From positions 74,586,001-74,650,000 of the forward strand of contig NC_043006.1 in the NCBI RefSeq assembly GCF_006345805.1: a stretch of 64,000 bases of DNA, read 5' to 3'. The position numbers and the translations under genes were made by a program. This DNA is from Octopus sinensis. Taxonomy: Eukaryota. Under the pieces are notes generated by a model. The model made no database searches and was not told the DNA's origin. It worked only from the letters and a program-made list of their open reading frames with translations. How positions within the stretch are numbered: position 1 is the stretch's first letter; the number at the start of each line of letters is the position of its first letter. Of this stretch, positions 27,860-40,982 are shown one piece after another.

Positions 27860-28701
27860 GATGTTAAATTAAAAACAGAACACAAAGAATATCACGGTAC
27901 ACGTGTTTCAAGCTTTATAAACAATCCGTTATTACATCGGTGTATTATTGATATAAAAGATGGTTTAAAACTCTCTTCAGCCGCAAACATTGTTAGTCCA
28001 AAGATTACATCACACTATAACAAATATAAACAGTACATGTAGTATTACCCATTATAATAGTTTTATCATATCTCCTTGAAAAAGTGTATTTGTATAATTT
28101 CCTAACTGTATATATGTATAAAGATTCAATGGATTTCGAAAATCTGCCCATACTGTATCTCCAATCAGCATAGAGTGAATGTTAAATAGATTGCATTGAG
28201 TTTATATTTAATTTAATTGTATAAGATAGGAAGGAAAATAAGATAGAAAGAAAAATAGAGAGAAAAAAATAATAAAAATTAAAAAATAAGAAATAAAGAG
28301 TAAGAGTAATGGAAGTAAAAGACAATAGAATCAAAACACAAGAGTAATAAAAGCAAAAATAACAAAAGTAAAAAATAAGGATAATAAAGTTAGATCCACA
28401 TGTAAATAAGAATTAGCCAAATTAGGCTAAAGTGACAAAAGAGATAAAAACAAAAGAAATAAGGACATAAAGTAGAGTAAGAGATAAAGAGATAAGATAC
28501 TAAAGGGCTGAGAATAAGATTTTGGCTTTGATGAGGTGGTAGTGGTCATAAATAATTTCTTATTTTGACCACTCGTTGAAATACAGATTGAGGTTGTAAT
28601 TTGATATCGTTGTGATGAATGGTCAGTTTACATAAATTCGCCGCTAAAAATTACTAGCTTTATAAGTTTATAGTATATGTATATGTGTGTGTATACACGC
28701 A

Positions 28702-28748
<47 letters not shown>

Positions 28749-28884
28749 GTATATATATGAGTGCGTGTATACACACATTACCGAGATCGAACATTCAAAT
28801 ACTTACGGGTATAGCATCTGCTTGACCAGTCTTTCAAATGACATTCGGAGTACATGCTCCAGTTAACGCAAACTATTTCTTGAT

Positions 28885-29185
28885 GCGTTGGTCTTACAAA
28901 TTTGTCAGTCCACTGCGTAGCAACTTGGACAAGTGTATTCTACTATAGCCTCGAGCTGACCAAAGCCTTGTGTGTGGATCTGGCTAACGGAAACTGAAGG
29001 AAGCCTATCATATATATATATATGTATATATATGTATGTATGACAGATTCGCCCACCTCCACCGCTTGACAACCAGTGCTGGTTTGTTTGTGTTACCGTG
29101 ACATAGCGGTCGATACATTAGGCTAAAATTCTTCAAGGTGGTGCCCTAGCATGACCGCAGTCAAATGACCGAAACAAACAAAATT
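28885..29185 (+). mobile_element. SINE family A, diverged, followed by (ATT)n
   Basis: Body motifs AAAGCCTTGTG.GTGGAT and GGTGCCCTAGCATGACCGCAGTCAAATGAC; (ATT)n at about 29191-29254. Confidence 0.75.
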
Positions 29186-29191
29186 TAAAGG

Positions 29192-29254
<63 letters not shown>

Positions 29255-29560
29255 TATTTGGCTCCTACATCCTCAGTTGTGACTTTGAACTATTGATTTT
29301 ACAGAAGTCGATGTGTCCCAAATATTATTTTTATCTATTATCACTTCCTCAAGAGTACGTTGTTAAAATATATTCAAAATAATTCATCTGTAATTTAATA
29401 TATTCTGATAACAATGAAATAATTTAATTACTTGTTTACTTTCAGATTGTTGTTTTATTTAATTTTTGCTTCAAATATTTTTCTTTTTATCTCTTGTCTC
29501 AGTTGAATGTTTTATTCAATTTTTCTTTCAATTTTCATTCTTTTTCCTCTCTCATTTCAG

Positions 29561-29801
29561 AAGTGGCAATGCAAATAGCCCTTCTAGAACCCGCCTGATG
29601 ATTATGGTCAACAAAAGAGGAAGATCAACAACAACCACTACAAATAGAATGTCCGGTTCCGGACGTCGTCAGCTCACCACCGGACAAACCATTACCCAGC
29701 GTGCTTCATTGACAAATCCTCACCAACCTGTACGGCCAAGCCCAGGTATTAATTCAACAACATCACCAAATGGTAAAATGCCTACCAAACCACCTGGCTA
29801 G
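29561..29801 (+). CDS. Candidate coding exon (S/T/P/R-rich, probably disordered C-terminal tail) of an unidentified gene
   Basis: Strong acceptor: long polypyrimidine tract ending CTCATTTCAG at 29560. Abrupt switch to non-repetitive, higher-GC sequence with 80 open codons (SGNANSPSRTRLMIMVNKRGRS...NGKMPTKPPG*). AATAAA at 29872. No recognisable domain and no partner exon found. Confidence 0.4.
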
Positions 29802-30128
29802 ACATTTATCCTCTCGATATTATTAACGACAAAAAAAAAACATGAAACGTTAACAACGATGAAGATTCAACAATAAAAAATATGTTCTTATTAATGCTGA
29901 AGATAGTGATGTGATAATGAACATGAAACAATGGTAACTGCATTCCACCTTCAATATGTATACACATATATACATACATACACACATACACACATACAAC
30001 ACACACATATATGTATATATATATAATATCATACAGATATATATAGATATATGTATATAATGTGTATAATATATATATATATATATATATATAGACAGAT
30101 ATATATATATATATATATATAGACAGAC

Positions 30129-30185
<57 letters not shown>

Positions 30186-33100
30186 ATATATTGATAATCG
30201 ACGAACACTTTATAGTTTTAACTTTTATAGATAATATAAATATCTGACTTTTAATATATGGTATATCGAGATATTTATACAAAACCTATATATATCTTAT
30301 CATATATTATATTGATATTACCGTGCACTTGTGCTTTTTCGTTTCCCGTTGCTTTTGTTGTTGTTTTGTTTTTGTTTTCTTTTCTTTTTCGGTTGTTTGT
30401 TTTTTTTTGTGTGTGTTTTGTGTTTGTTTGTTTGTTTCCCTTCTGGTATCCTGTATGAAGTAAAACCGATATCCATGTGTTATTCAAATATCAGGTTGCA
30501 TTGGAATGAAATATTGCTATGACTACCAAAAATGAGTTTCACATTGTGATACACAAGGGTACCCACAAGCATAAACACTCAAATTTATGCTCAAGTATTC
30601 ATATTGACTTCAACAATGTTATGTTGTCCGTCCTTGCAGAACTAAATTACTCCATTGACAAATTAATTTTCTTATATTATGATTAATGCAGAAGAGCTTT
30701 ATCCGTCTAAACTTTTTCCTTATCTTTCATTCTCTGTGAATCTTATCGATTATTTATTCATTTATTTATTTTTAATCATATATTATCTTTATTTTTTTCT
30801 TTAGTCATATTAATTGTTATTTAAAATATGATATTTAATTGTTTTTAAAAAAATCTAATACGTACATTATTTTAACTTGTTTCATGGTCCAGCTGTTAAC
30901 TGATAAGAACATAACGTGAACATGCTTTCTGATTTTTTTCTTGTTTTCGTCACTTTTTAATGAGAAACTTCCAAGATTTAATTTTGGTAATTAAAAAACT
31001 TTCTATATTGTTGATGTAAAGGAAATATTTAAATAGCGAATAACAACAGATCTGGCAACAACATAATCAATAAAGATATTGCCAACAATCGATTTTCAGA
31101 TGCCATTATTCCATTCAACATTTATTCATATAGGAGAGGAAAGATTTATGACGAAATATCGTAGGAAAAATAATCGATACTAACATAAATGAAGCGATAA
31201 ACACTTCTGATATTGTATATAATTTCTTGACTTCTTTTCCGAGATATTCCCCGGTATCATCCATTGTATCTTTTCTGTAGCATCCATCCATTTATGTTGG
31301 CAACAATTTGTAATTCTATGTATATTTCAATTCATCAAAGTTCAGAATTTAACAACTATTTGTAATTTTTTTTAATGATCCCATGTGGAACCGAATGATT
31401 TCTGCGATAAAGATTTTCGCCAATTTATTGTATTCAACAAAAAAAAAAAGAAAAAGAAAAATACACATTTCAGATTTGTCCTCAGGTTTATTATAGAATT
31501 TGTTGATATTCTCAATTCAATTATGATGTCATAAGTCACGATCCAGTTAACACGGTGATTGATTTTACATATACATTTGATATTTGAGTTATACTTGAGT
31601 TACTGTCATTCCGTTGATATTTTTGTGTCGCCAAAAATCTACAATGAACTCTCATAAATGATACCACGTCCTCAATCAAACCAAACCTTCTCATTATTTA
31701 CCCTTTAAGATTCATGTTTCACCAACAAGTTCATTCCTCCATTGGTCATTTTGGAGTAGGAGTGAGAGTTTCACCTAATTTTCAAATCAATCATAAACCT
31801 AACACTCTATCTATATATAATTTTAATTTCATTCAATTCAATAAACTGCCAATCTATCCAAACAATCTGAAGTTATCAATAGGCTAGAACTATTTAACTT
31901 ATATATTCCCATATACTGTGAATATAAACATGGATATCATTGATCAGTAACACATAAAATAAAATGTGAAGCGGTCCTTTATTTTGGATTTTTATGTAGC
32001 TTTCATTGATTCATTTCCTTGACTTGTTCATTTGTAAATCAAAGTGGATCATTGCAATTAAATCTGTGATTAAATTTAGACTTTAAAATATTCTTCTTTG
32101 TTTTTCTAACAATTTATTCTAAATTCTAAGGGAGTAGATTGTCAGACCCATTAGATCTCCACACACATACCTGAGAGTATTTAGTTACTGTTTGTTACGT
32201 TCAGAGTATTAATCCTACCAAGGCCAATTTGATGTTTCATTCTGCTGAGGTCGATAAAATAAAGTAATAATCAAGCCCAGGAGCCAATTTAATCGACATG
32301 GGTTACTCCACTCGAAATCAGCAATTTCTTGTAGATTCTCCTCGGCGAAAAAAATATTCTCTTCCTAACGGCTAGTAGAGAATTGTCATTCGGAAATAAC
32401 ACCCAGTAAATACCGAGAACATAAATTTCAGGTAATACGAGATAATCTAAGTCTTTGAATTAACATAGCATCGGAATGCATATCAACTAGTATTTAATTT
32501 AGTCCACCTCCATTTTAAGCCTATTATCCCTTTAGCATAGAGTTGGTGTTGATTTTGGTTAAAGGTCGATTAGTTTAGTTTGTTTTAACCATTACGACCT
32601 AGTCCATGCTGTGGCACCAACATCAGTGTTGAATTTTCTGTGACTCTTACGTCGTCTCTACATATACCCAAGACGTTCCCTGTTTGTGCTGTTTTTCAAT
32701 GTAATTAGCATCTCTAGGTGATGGATCAATGACACTTTGGAAGCTGCTTTGGTTTAGTTGTAGTCTCTCTTGTAGCTGGCTGATCTGGTAAGCAAAAGTT
32801 TTTCTGCTCTATTTAATCTTTTTCACGATCTATTGTTGGATGAAAGCCTCAACTTTCGTAAATGTCTTATCTATACTGATTGTAGGCCTATCGGTTCAAA
32901 TGCAAGTTGGATATAGTACGAAAGTAATTTATACGGGGGTATTCAGGAAATATAGACATGTATACTTCCATCAACTACTAAATTAGTTTTATATCTATCC
33001 CTCTTCCTTTGACAACTGGTTAGAATTTAAGCCTTAGCCCCAAATAGAAGAGACAACCATTTCTCGATCTGCTTCATGAAGAGACCTTTCCAGGACACAA

Positions 33101-33645
33101 GACGTAGATGGTGGAGATTTTGAAATAGCTCAAATACCACTATTTTCGCAAACAGATGCAGTTGTGTTGTCGAAAGGAGTACAGAACAGTACTTTTGGAA
33201 CCGGTTTTGCTGAATGAGTTATCAACAGAAAGCCGAATCACGTCCTAGCCCTTCGTGTCTCCAATCAAGAATTAGGAAGATCAACTTTCTAGGTGTTCTG
33301 GCAGCCAATTAGCAGAGCTCTTGTGGCTTTTGCGTAGAATGCCTAACGACATTTGCTCCGGTATTTTGTACTTTGAGTTCAAATCTTATCGAGAAGAACT
33401 TTGTCTGTCATCCTGTCACGGTTGATAAGAAGCAGCCAAAATGGGGAAATTTTTTGTCGAGACTTACTAGAGGGTCGGGAAAATTGTCTTGGATAGCTGA
33501 TTAGGTGCTTTGTGTTCTGACTGTAATGCTTGCACCGATACTGATGTTAAGCAGTATCGGCCCACGACAGCAGCCTGCCCCTTAGATAAGCATTAGTGGC
33601 ACGCAGTGGATAACTTGATACTGCTAGGCATCCATACAAGACAAT

Positions 33646-33700
33646 TTTCTGTTTGTTGGGCAGTTTAGATTTTCAATCTAAACTGTCCGACGAACGGGAA
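33646..33700 (+). ncRNA. 26-bp hairpin, candidate pre-miRNA-like or dsRNA structure
   Basis: 33646-33671 pairs with 33675-33700: 21 Watson-Crick and 5 G-U pairs, no other mismatches, 3-nt loop. Confidence 0.35.
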
Positions 33701-34023
33701 CATGAAACTCAGAGTAGCAGTTTTTGGGATATTTTCGTGATGTTTTTGTAGCTTTAATAATAGTAAAGCATATTACTCTATCTCCAGTATTCGAGTACTA
33801 TTTTTCCACCTTGTTTTACATTTGTGTGCTTACTTTGGTATATATATATACATATATATATATAATATATATATATATATATAATATATATATACATAGA
33901 AGTAAATATATGGCACAACGAAGTACCGATATTTACTGTGCCATATATTTACTTCTATGTATAATTTTCCCTCACGGGCTATTCTTTACTGGAAAGCAAT
34001 ACTCTCGTATTGCATTACTATAT

Positions 34024-34055
<32 letters not shown>

Positions 34056-34276
34056 GATATATATATATATATATATATATGGGTGGGTGTGTGTGTGTCT
34101 AACATATACACACGCACACACAAAATTTCGAGATTTTTCCTAATAAGACAATGAGGCTATTTACTTATAACTGAGGATTCATAATTTTGGTAAGGATCCA
34201 TAATGAGTGCTGCTAATTGGATCCTGCTGAACCGGGAATTCTGAAAGATCATTACGTACTTTCTTATTCCTAAGAA

Positions 34277-34604
34277 GTGAGGGCGCGTGGCTTAGTGGTT
34301 AGGGCATTCGGCTCATGATCGTAAGGTTGTGAGTTCGATTCCCGGCGACGCGTTGTGTCCTTGAGCAAGACACTTTATTTCACGTTGCTCCAGTCCACTC
34401 AGCTGGCAAAAATGAGTTGTACTTGTATTTCAAAGGGTCAGCCTTGTCACTCTCTGTGTCACGCTGATTATCCCCGAGAACTACGTTAAGGGTACACGTG
34501 TCTGTGGAATGCTCAGCCATTTGCACGTTAATTTCACGAGCAAGCTGTTCCGTTGATCGTATCAGCTGGGACCCTCGTCGTCGTAACCGGCGGAGTCTTT
34601 TTAA
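34277..34604 (+). mobile_element. SINE family C, full length, exact 11-bp TSD
   Basis: tRNA-like head (TGGCTTAGTGG, GAGTTCGATTCC), central TGTGTCCTTGAGCAAGACAC; ATTCCTAAGAA at 34266-34276 and 34605-34615. Confidence 0.92.
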
Positions 34605-36616
34605 ATTCCTAAGAAACAAATCAATATTCATTGTTACAAAATACAGATGAGATTAAATATCTGAAATGGTGAGAGTAAGAGATAATTTTTAAAATAGGAA
34701 GCCGGTGATATATGTCATATAACTGAACAGTTGGAGCAAAATTAAGGTAATGGATAAATACAAAACAGTGTAGGAACAATAATAATTAAACACGTAGGTT
34801 GCATTTGGTGGAGAGTTTTCATTAAAAGAGAGATAATCTCTTCTATGTTAAACTAAGTTAAGTTGAAGAAAAAGAATATTTGATTTTTAATTGTTCTTTT
34901 ACATAAACTAAAATAAAATTCTTTAAATTGTTAGTGGCTGGTAGCCATGTATAGTACTATTTCATCCTCCTTTGGAATCGTCGGCACCGCGTAACGATAA
35001 TAATTCATTTTCAGTAGTAGGAACTGGTTTTGTTGATAAAATGGTAAACTAAAGAAAAAGTTAATGTTTTATTAGTTTTTTTCCTTTCGATCAGAAGAGA
35101 CAGCAGAATATCATGACCCTTTTCGGGGCCTCTGAGACTGCTAGCACCAAGACAAGAAAGGTAGCGTTAAACTTGAAATCTGGTCGGAATGCCTACCACA
35201 GAATGTCTACTGGGTCTCGCTAAGAGTACCAAATGTGATGGTGTTAAACCTGACGACAAAAATACATCTACCATCCAAGTAGGCCAGGAAGGAGTTTGAA
35301 ATTAGAATGCAAAGAGCTAGAGCAAATATCGCAAAACAACCATTCTGAAGTCCTTATATTTGCTAACCTATCGATTTTTATTCATATTTTTTTATTGAGA
35401 CCGAGAGGATGAAAGGCAAAATTGATCTCCGCTGAGTGAGAATTTAGACGGTAGAGGGTTGGGGCAAATATCATGAGGTATTTTATTCAACAGCTTTGAA
35501 TTCTCTATCAAATAATCACCTTATAGCTAAACCGTATTAGCCTGATCAAGCAGATATATCATAACCAGTAATTCCAACTGTGACCATCCATCTTGAATTT
35601 TTCTTTTATTTTACTTTTTTTTATTTTCAACCAGGAAATAACTAGGATCACATTACCCAACTTTCCACCGTTTTAAAGACATTATTTTGTAATTTAAAGA
35701 GTTTAGGTTGCTATTTCTTCTATTCTTATACATCATGCAACCACACAGAGGTTTCGCCATTGGCTTTCCACGAACAAAGGTTTAGCTGCCATTGGTGTTT
35801 CTTTGGGAAGGTGCTAAACTTTCAGATTTCCTACTTAGCTCCAAATAAACATCATACCAATAGCTATTAATATATTATAAATATTTCGGTGCGTTTCACA
35901 GCTAAATTTTAATATTTTTTGTGAATTATTTAGTTGCTGCTGTGTTTGCCGTCACTATTGCTGTAGTTTTTGTTATTGTTCTTCTTTCTGTCGTTCTTGA
36001 GCTCCAGGTTATCCCAGAGCTAGCAAATCTACGATAAAACTAAAGGCGTTCCAGCTACAAGCATCTCGTCTTCGTTTAAGTCAAGGTGTATACAATCTAA
36101 AACTTTATTATCCAACTTTTTTCTTCTTTTAAGAGAAATTGTGATTTGAAATTGATTTGGACGTTGTTTTAACTGGTATACAAACACCATATATTGGTTT
36201 CTTGGTTCAGATAACGAGCCATTATAATGAAGGAAACATGGATATTTCTTTGTTGAGACATATGGTATAATGGTTTGGGAGCTGGATTTATAATCTCGGT
36301 GTCGATATTTCGGTTCCCGGGCCAAGCGGTATATTGTGTTCTCGAGAACAAAGAGTCAGCTACTGTATCATAAGGGACTACAAATAAGAAAGGAAAGGAA
36401 GGAGCCTACAAATTTAAAGGATGTGGATTAACAAAAAGCTTAAAGGAGTAGACCAGAGGAAAAGAAGACGTTGGTAATGAACTCCAGAGAGCAGACATTT
36501 GCGGAAAAAAGCTAAAAGGACTAATGACTAACAGGAAGTTCAACAGATAAACGATGCGCCTGGGATCAATAGTTTGTATAATGCTTTCAGATTGACTGAA
36601 ACTTTGTAGTGTCAAT

Positions 36617-37085
36617 ACAGGGATGGCTGTGTCGTAAGACGTTTAGTTCCCAATCACATGAACCCGTGTTCAGTCCCAGTGCGTGGTACCGTGGGTAAGT
36701 GTCTTCTACTGTAGCTCCGGCCTAATAAGGCTTTCGGAGTGTATCTGCTAGAAGAAAACTGAAAGAAGTTTGTCGCATATATATATATATTTATCAAAAG
36801 AAAAACAGGATGCAAAGGATTTTGCGGTACATATGTTTCTGGCTTTATTGAACAATTTATAACAATGCATAATTGATATAACATGTAGGTCAACAGCATT
36901 CTTCAGCCGCGTATAATTACCACACCAAAGACATATATTACATTATAGCAGGTTTGAGAAAAAGTTTTGGGAAAAAACGAGTTTCATTGGGAAGGTAACT
37001 CCTCATAGTCATATATGGCATAGCGAGACACCAAAATAGATATATATATATATGTATGTATGTATGAATGTATGTATGTATGTGT

Positions 37086-37152
<67 letters not shown>

Positions 37153-37189
37153 ATATATATATATATTATATATATATGTATATATGTAA

Positions 37190-37254
<65 letters not shown>

Positions 37255-37277
37255 GTGTATATATATATATATATATA

Positions 37278-37310
<33 letters not shown>

Positions 37311-37812
37311 GTATATGTGTATATATATATATATGTATATGTGTTTATATATCTATATATATATATATATGTATATGTGTGTATATATCTATATATATAT
37401 ATATATATACACATAAAATATATATATATATATATATGTATATGTGTGTATATATCTATATATATATATATTATATATATATATATGTTTGTGTGTATAT
37501 GTATATATATGTATATGTGTATATGTATATATATGTATATGTGTATATATATATATGTATATATATATTATATATATATATATATATATATGCATGTATA
37601 TATGTGTGTATATATCAACATGTATGTATCCTTGTGTATGTATTTTCTCTCCACACCAATGCTTGACAATCGCTGTTGGTTTACACATGCCCCCTTAACT
37701 TAGCGTTTCGCCAAAGGAAACGGACAGAATGAGTACTGAGGTTGATTTCTTCGACCAAAGTCTCCAAAGTGGTGCCCCAGCATGGCTGCAGTCCAATGAC
37801 TGAAGCATATAA
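36617..37812 (+). mobile_element. SINE family A split by a greatly expanded interior
   Basis: 5' half at 36617-36790 and 3' half at 37645-37812, separated by about 240 bp of unrelated sequence and about 580 bp of (TA)/(ATGT) repeat. Confidence 0.65.
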
Positions 37813-38249
37813 AAGAGAAACAATAAAAGATAATGAATGTTGTTGTAGAAGCTATTCCTGATTCTCGGGGGTTGGTTTAATAAATGACTTATATAAACAA
37901 CACCAGTTGACCCTCTCTACTCCGCTTTTTCATTTGGCTTAGCAATAAAAAATATATTGGGGATTAAATATTAGATAGTGTAGATCTAGATGTCTCCTAA
38001 AAGGACGAGGTGATCACGGCCGGAATACTTTTATTCATATTTAAACTCGATCATGGAAGATCTCAAGCCAAACAACTATCCGATCATAACTGTGTAGTTA
38101 AGACATTAATACTGACGCGAAGTATTAATGGTGTTACTACTCTATTAGTTTTACACGTTTAAAATATGTACAGTCGCAACAGTATAATTGTGAAAGGGAT
38201 TTAAGCTACTTTAGATTATAAATGAAACTAACGTACAGGTTGGGTAAGG

Positions 38250-38445
38250 TGGCTTTTGGCAGAATCGTTTGCACGCCAGGCAAAATATTTAACGGCCTTC
38301 CGTCCGTCTTCGCGTTCTTGGTTCAAATTCCACCGAGCTCGACATTGCCTTTCGGGAGTTGATAAAGAAAAAGTATTAGTTTAACACTGGGGGTCGATGT
38401 TATTCCATCCCACCAAATTGTTAGTATTGTGACAAAATTTGAAAT
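38250..38445 (+). mobile_element. SINE family B, diverged
   Basis: TGGCAGAATCGTT head, TTCAAATTCC B-box-like motif, GGGGTCGATG body. Confidence 0.75.
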
Positions 38446-38504
38446 CAGTATACAGGTCGGGTGTCTTTAACCAATCAATAATTATCATTTAGTTGTATCA
38501 TATG

Positions 38505-38640
38505 GGCGTTGGGGTTGTAGAATCGTTAGAACATCGGACTAAAGGCTTCGTGGAATTTATTCCGTTTCTGTTCGTTTTGAGTTCAAAACCCACTGACGTC
38601 AACTTTGCTTTCCATCTTCCGCCAGTCGATAAATTAGAAT
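38505..38640 (+). mobile_element. SINE family B, 5' part
   Basis: AGAATCGTTAG...GAGTTCAAA...GTCAACTTTGCTTTCCATC. Confidence 0.65.
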
Positions 38641-38889
38641 ATCTGCCATGTGCTGGCAAACTACTTTCCACTAAATTTCTTTTCTCGTAATACTTAAGAA
38701 TTTATATTTGTTACTCAAAGATATCAGATATTTCATCCAAAGGAATATTCATTTTTATTTTGGTTATAAACATGTTGTATATCGTAGAGCGGACATATAT
38801 ATGGTTATATTTGATATCTTGAAAATTCTTTAATACTTACTACATTTTTTATATTCTCAAAGCTAGATACCGGTTGTGCAAGTGGGCTG

Positions 38890-39060
38890 TGGTAATTCTG
38901 TAATTTTGATTTCAAATTTTGGCACATAGTCAATAGTTATGGGGCAAGGTAGGTAGATTACATCTAAAGGATGAAAGGCAAAGTCAACCTCAGCGGAATT
39001 GAATCCAGAACATAAAGACGGACGAGATACCGCTAAGCATTTTACTCTGCGCGCTAACGC
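38890..39060 (-). mobile_element. SINE family B
   Basis: Reverse-complement match to head and body. Confidence 0.75.
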
Positions 39061-40084
39061 CGCTTTAGAATCCCTGTAATATTGCAAAAATTAAAGGTAG
39101 AAGCAAAGTTATAAAAGTAAAACACCCAAGCACTTTTTTTTTTACGTAAGGGTAATCGATTCTTCATCCTATTCTTCTATATGTATATGCATAGATTAGT
39201 CTTCAAAAATGTTAATACACATTAACACATGACGACTTTATCCGCGTTTAATACATGTGCATTTGTGTGTTCTGAGAAAGTTCTGCTGGAAAAATCCATT
39301 TTGCCAAAATCCATTCCTATCTAGGATTTTTACTAAAGCTGGAAATTTTTCAGGTATGAGAAGTAATGACGGTTCAACCGAGAATCGAACCCTTATTACA
39401 TACGTAGTTCATTGTTTAATTACTATCTTCTCCCTACGACCATTACACAATAACATTTTTAGTTGTAGGTTATACAATACGGCTATAAGATTTTTTTAAT
39501 GCGTCAAACGCTTTTAACAAATCCAGATCGATAGAGCATTTTAGAAAATTGTTAAGCAATACCTAGACTGCTGACAATGCAGCATATTCCTAATAATGTT
39601 GCTTTGCAAGTTATTGATAAACTTCGGAAAAATCCTCTGGTCTGAGAAAAACATTAGTTAGTTAGTTAGAGAGAGAGAGAGAGAGAGAGAAAGAGACGGT
39701 ATTAGTGGAAGAATAAAAGAAGCTATGGAATATAATATGGGATCTCAAGGTGGCAAAAGCTGTATTGCAGTTTTAAAAATGTTCTTGAACTACATATAAC
39801 AATTATTAGGATATCAGCCTAATCTTTAATGATATCAGAATAATATCATTAAGAATACTTAATGATATTAATATCCGTATTAATTCCAATGTTAATTCTA
39901 TAATTTAAACGCTATGGAATTTCACGTTACTTCTATAATGTGTAATTAATTCTATTGTGTAATTAATTACTTTGCGACGTAGTAAGGTAATTAGACTATA
40001 TTGTGATTTTGCTCCTGAATTTGAAGCTAACATTATTTTCGTTATTATTATTATTATTTCTATGATTAAGACAACAAATACCTG

Positions 40085-40203
40085 CTGAGAGATCGATGAA
40101 ATAAGTACCAGTGGAGCACTGGTGTCGATGTAATCGACGAGGCTCCTCCTCCAAATTACTGGCCTTGTGCCTATAGTAAAATGGATTATTATTATTATTA
40201 TAA
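40085..40203 (+). mobile_element. SINE family B 3' part with (ATT)n tail
   Basis: AAGTACCAG...GTCGATGTAATCGAC...GGCCTTGTGCCTATAGTA followed by (ATT)n. Confidence 0.75.
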
Positions 40204-40450
40204 TTGCCGTTGCACAGCTTCTAATGGTGGAGATGTACTACAGTGTCAGCTGTTCACTACCAGTGAACTAAGGTAACACCTCTTATTTTTCGAGCACCTT
40301 CCGGAGTATTCGAGCGGTTCCAAGTAGTGCTGTTTTCTGCAAGTGTTCCACCCTTATTGCAGCCCCTATTTATTCCACGTACTTTTCGAGATTTCTGCTC
40401 ACTGTTCCCAGGGCTCCGACAATTATTGGTACTACTGCTACCTTTTTCAT
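40204..40450 (-). mobile_element. R4/Dong LINE 3' end, 5'-truncated
   Basis: 40450-40283 reads MKKVAVVPIIVGALGTVSRNLEKYVE*IGAAIRVEHLQKTALLGTARILRKVLEK*, the typical C-terminus of restriction-like-endonuclease (RLE) LINEs. Short 3' UTR runs into (AAT)n. Confidence 0.88.
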
Positions 40451-40753
40451 CGGACGAGATACCGCTCAGCAGTTTACCCTGCGTGCTAACGCCGCTTTAG
40501 AGTCCCTGTAATATTGCAAAAATTAAATGTAGAGGCAAAGTTATAAAAGCAAAACATTCAAGCAATATTTTTCCGCAAGGGTAATCGATTCTTCATCCTA
40601 TTCTTCTATATATATATAAGGAGGATTACCTCAGTCCACTTACACAACTAGTATCTAGCTTTGAGAATATAAAAAATGTATTAAGTATTAAGGAATTTTC
40701 AAGATATCAATTATTATTATTATTATTATTGTTATCATTATTAGTGAGAAGAA

Positions 40754-40980
40754 GGCGGCGAGCTGGCAGAATTGTTAGCACTCCGGGCGAGGAGTTTAGC
40801 GGTATTACGTATGCCGTTACGCTTTGAGTTCAAAATCCGCCGTGATCGACTTTGCTTTTCATCCTTTCGGAGTCGACAAATTGAGTACCAGTGAAACACT
40901 GGGGTCGATGCAATCGACTAGTCTCCTCCCACAAAATTTCAGACCTTGCGCCTATAATAGAAAGGATTATTATTATTATG
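40754..40980 (+). mobile_element. SINE family B, full length
   Basis: GGCGGCGAGCTGGCAGAA head to AAAGGATTATT tail; (ATT)n on both sides. Confidence 0.9.
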
Positions 40981-40982
40981 AA

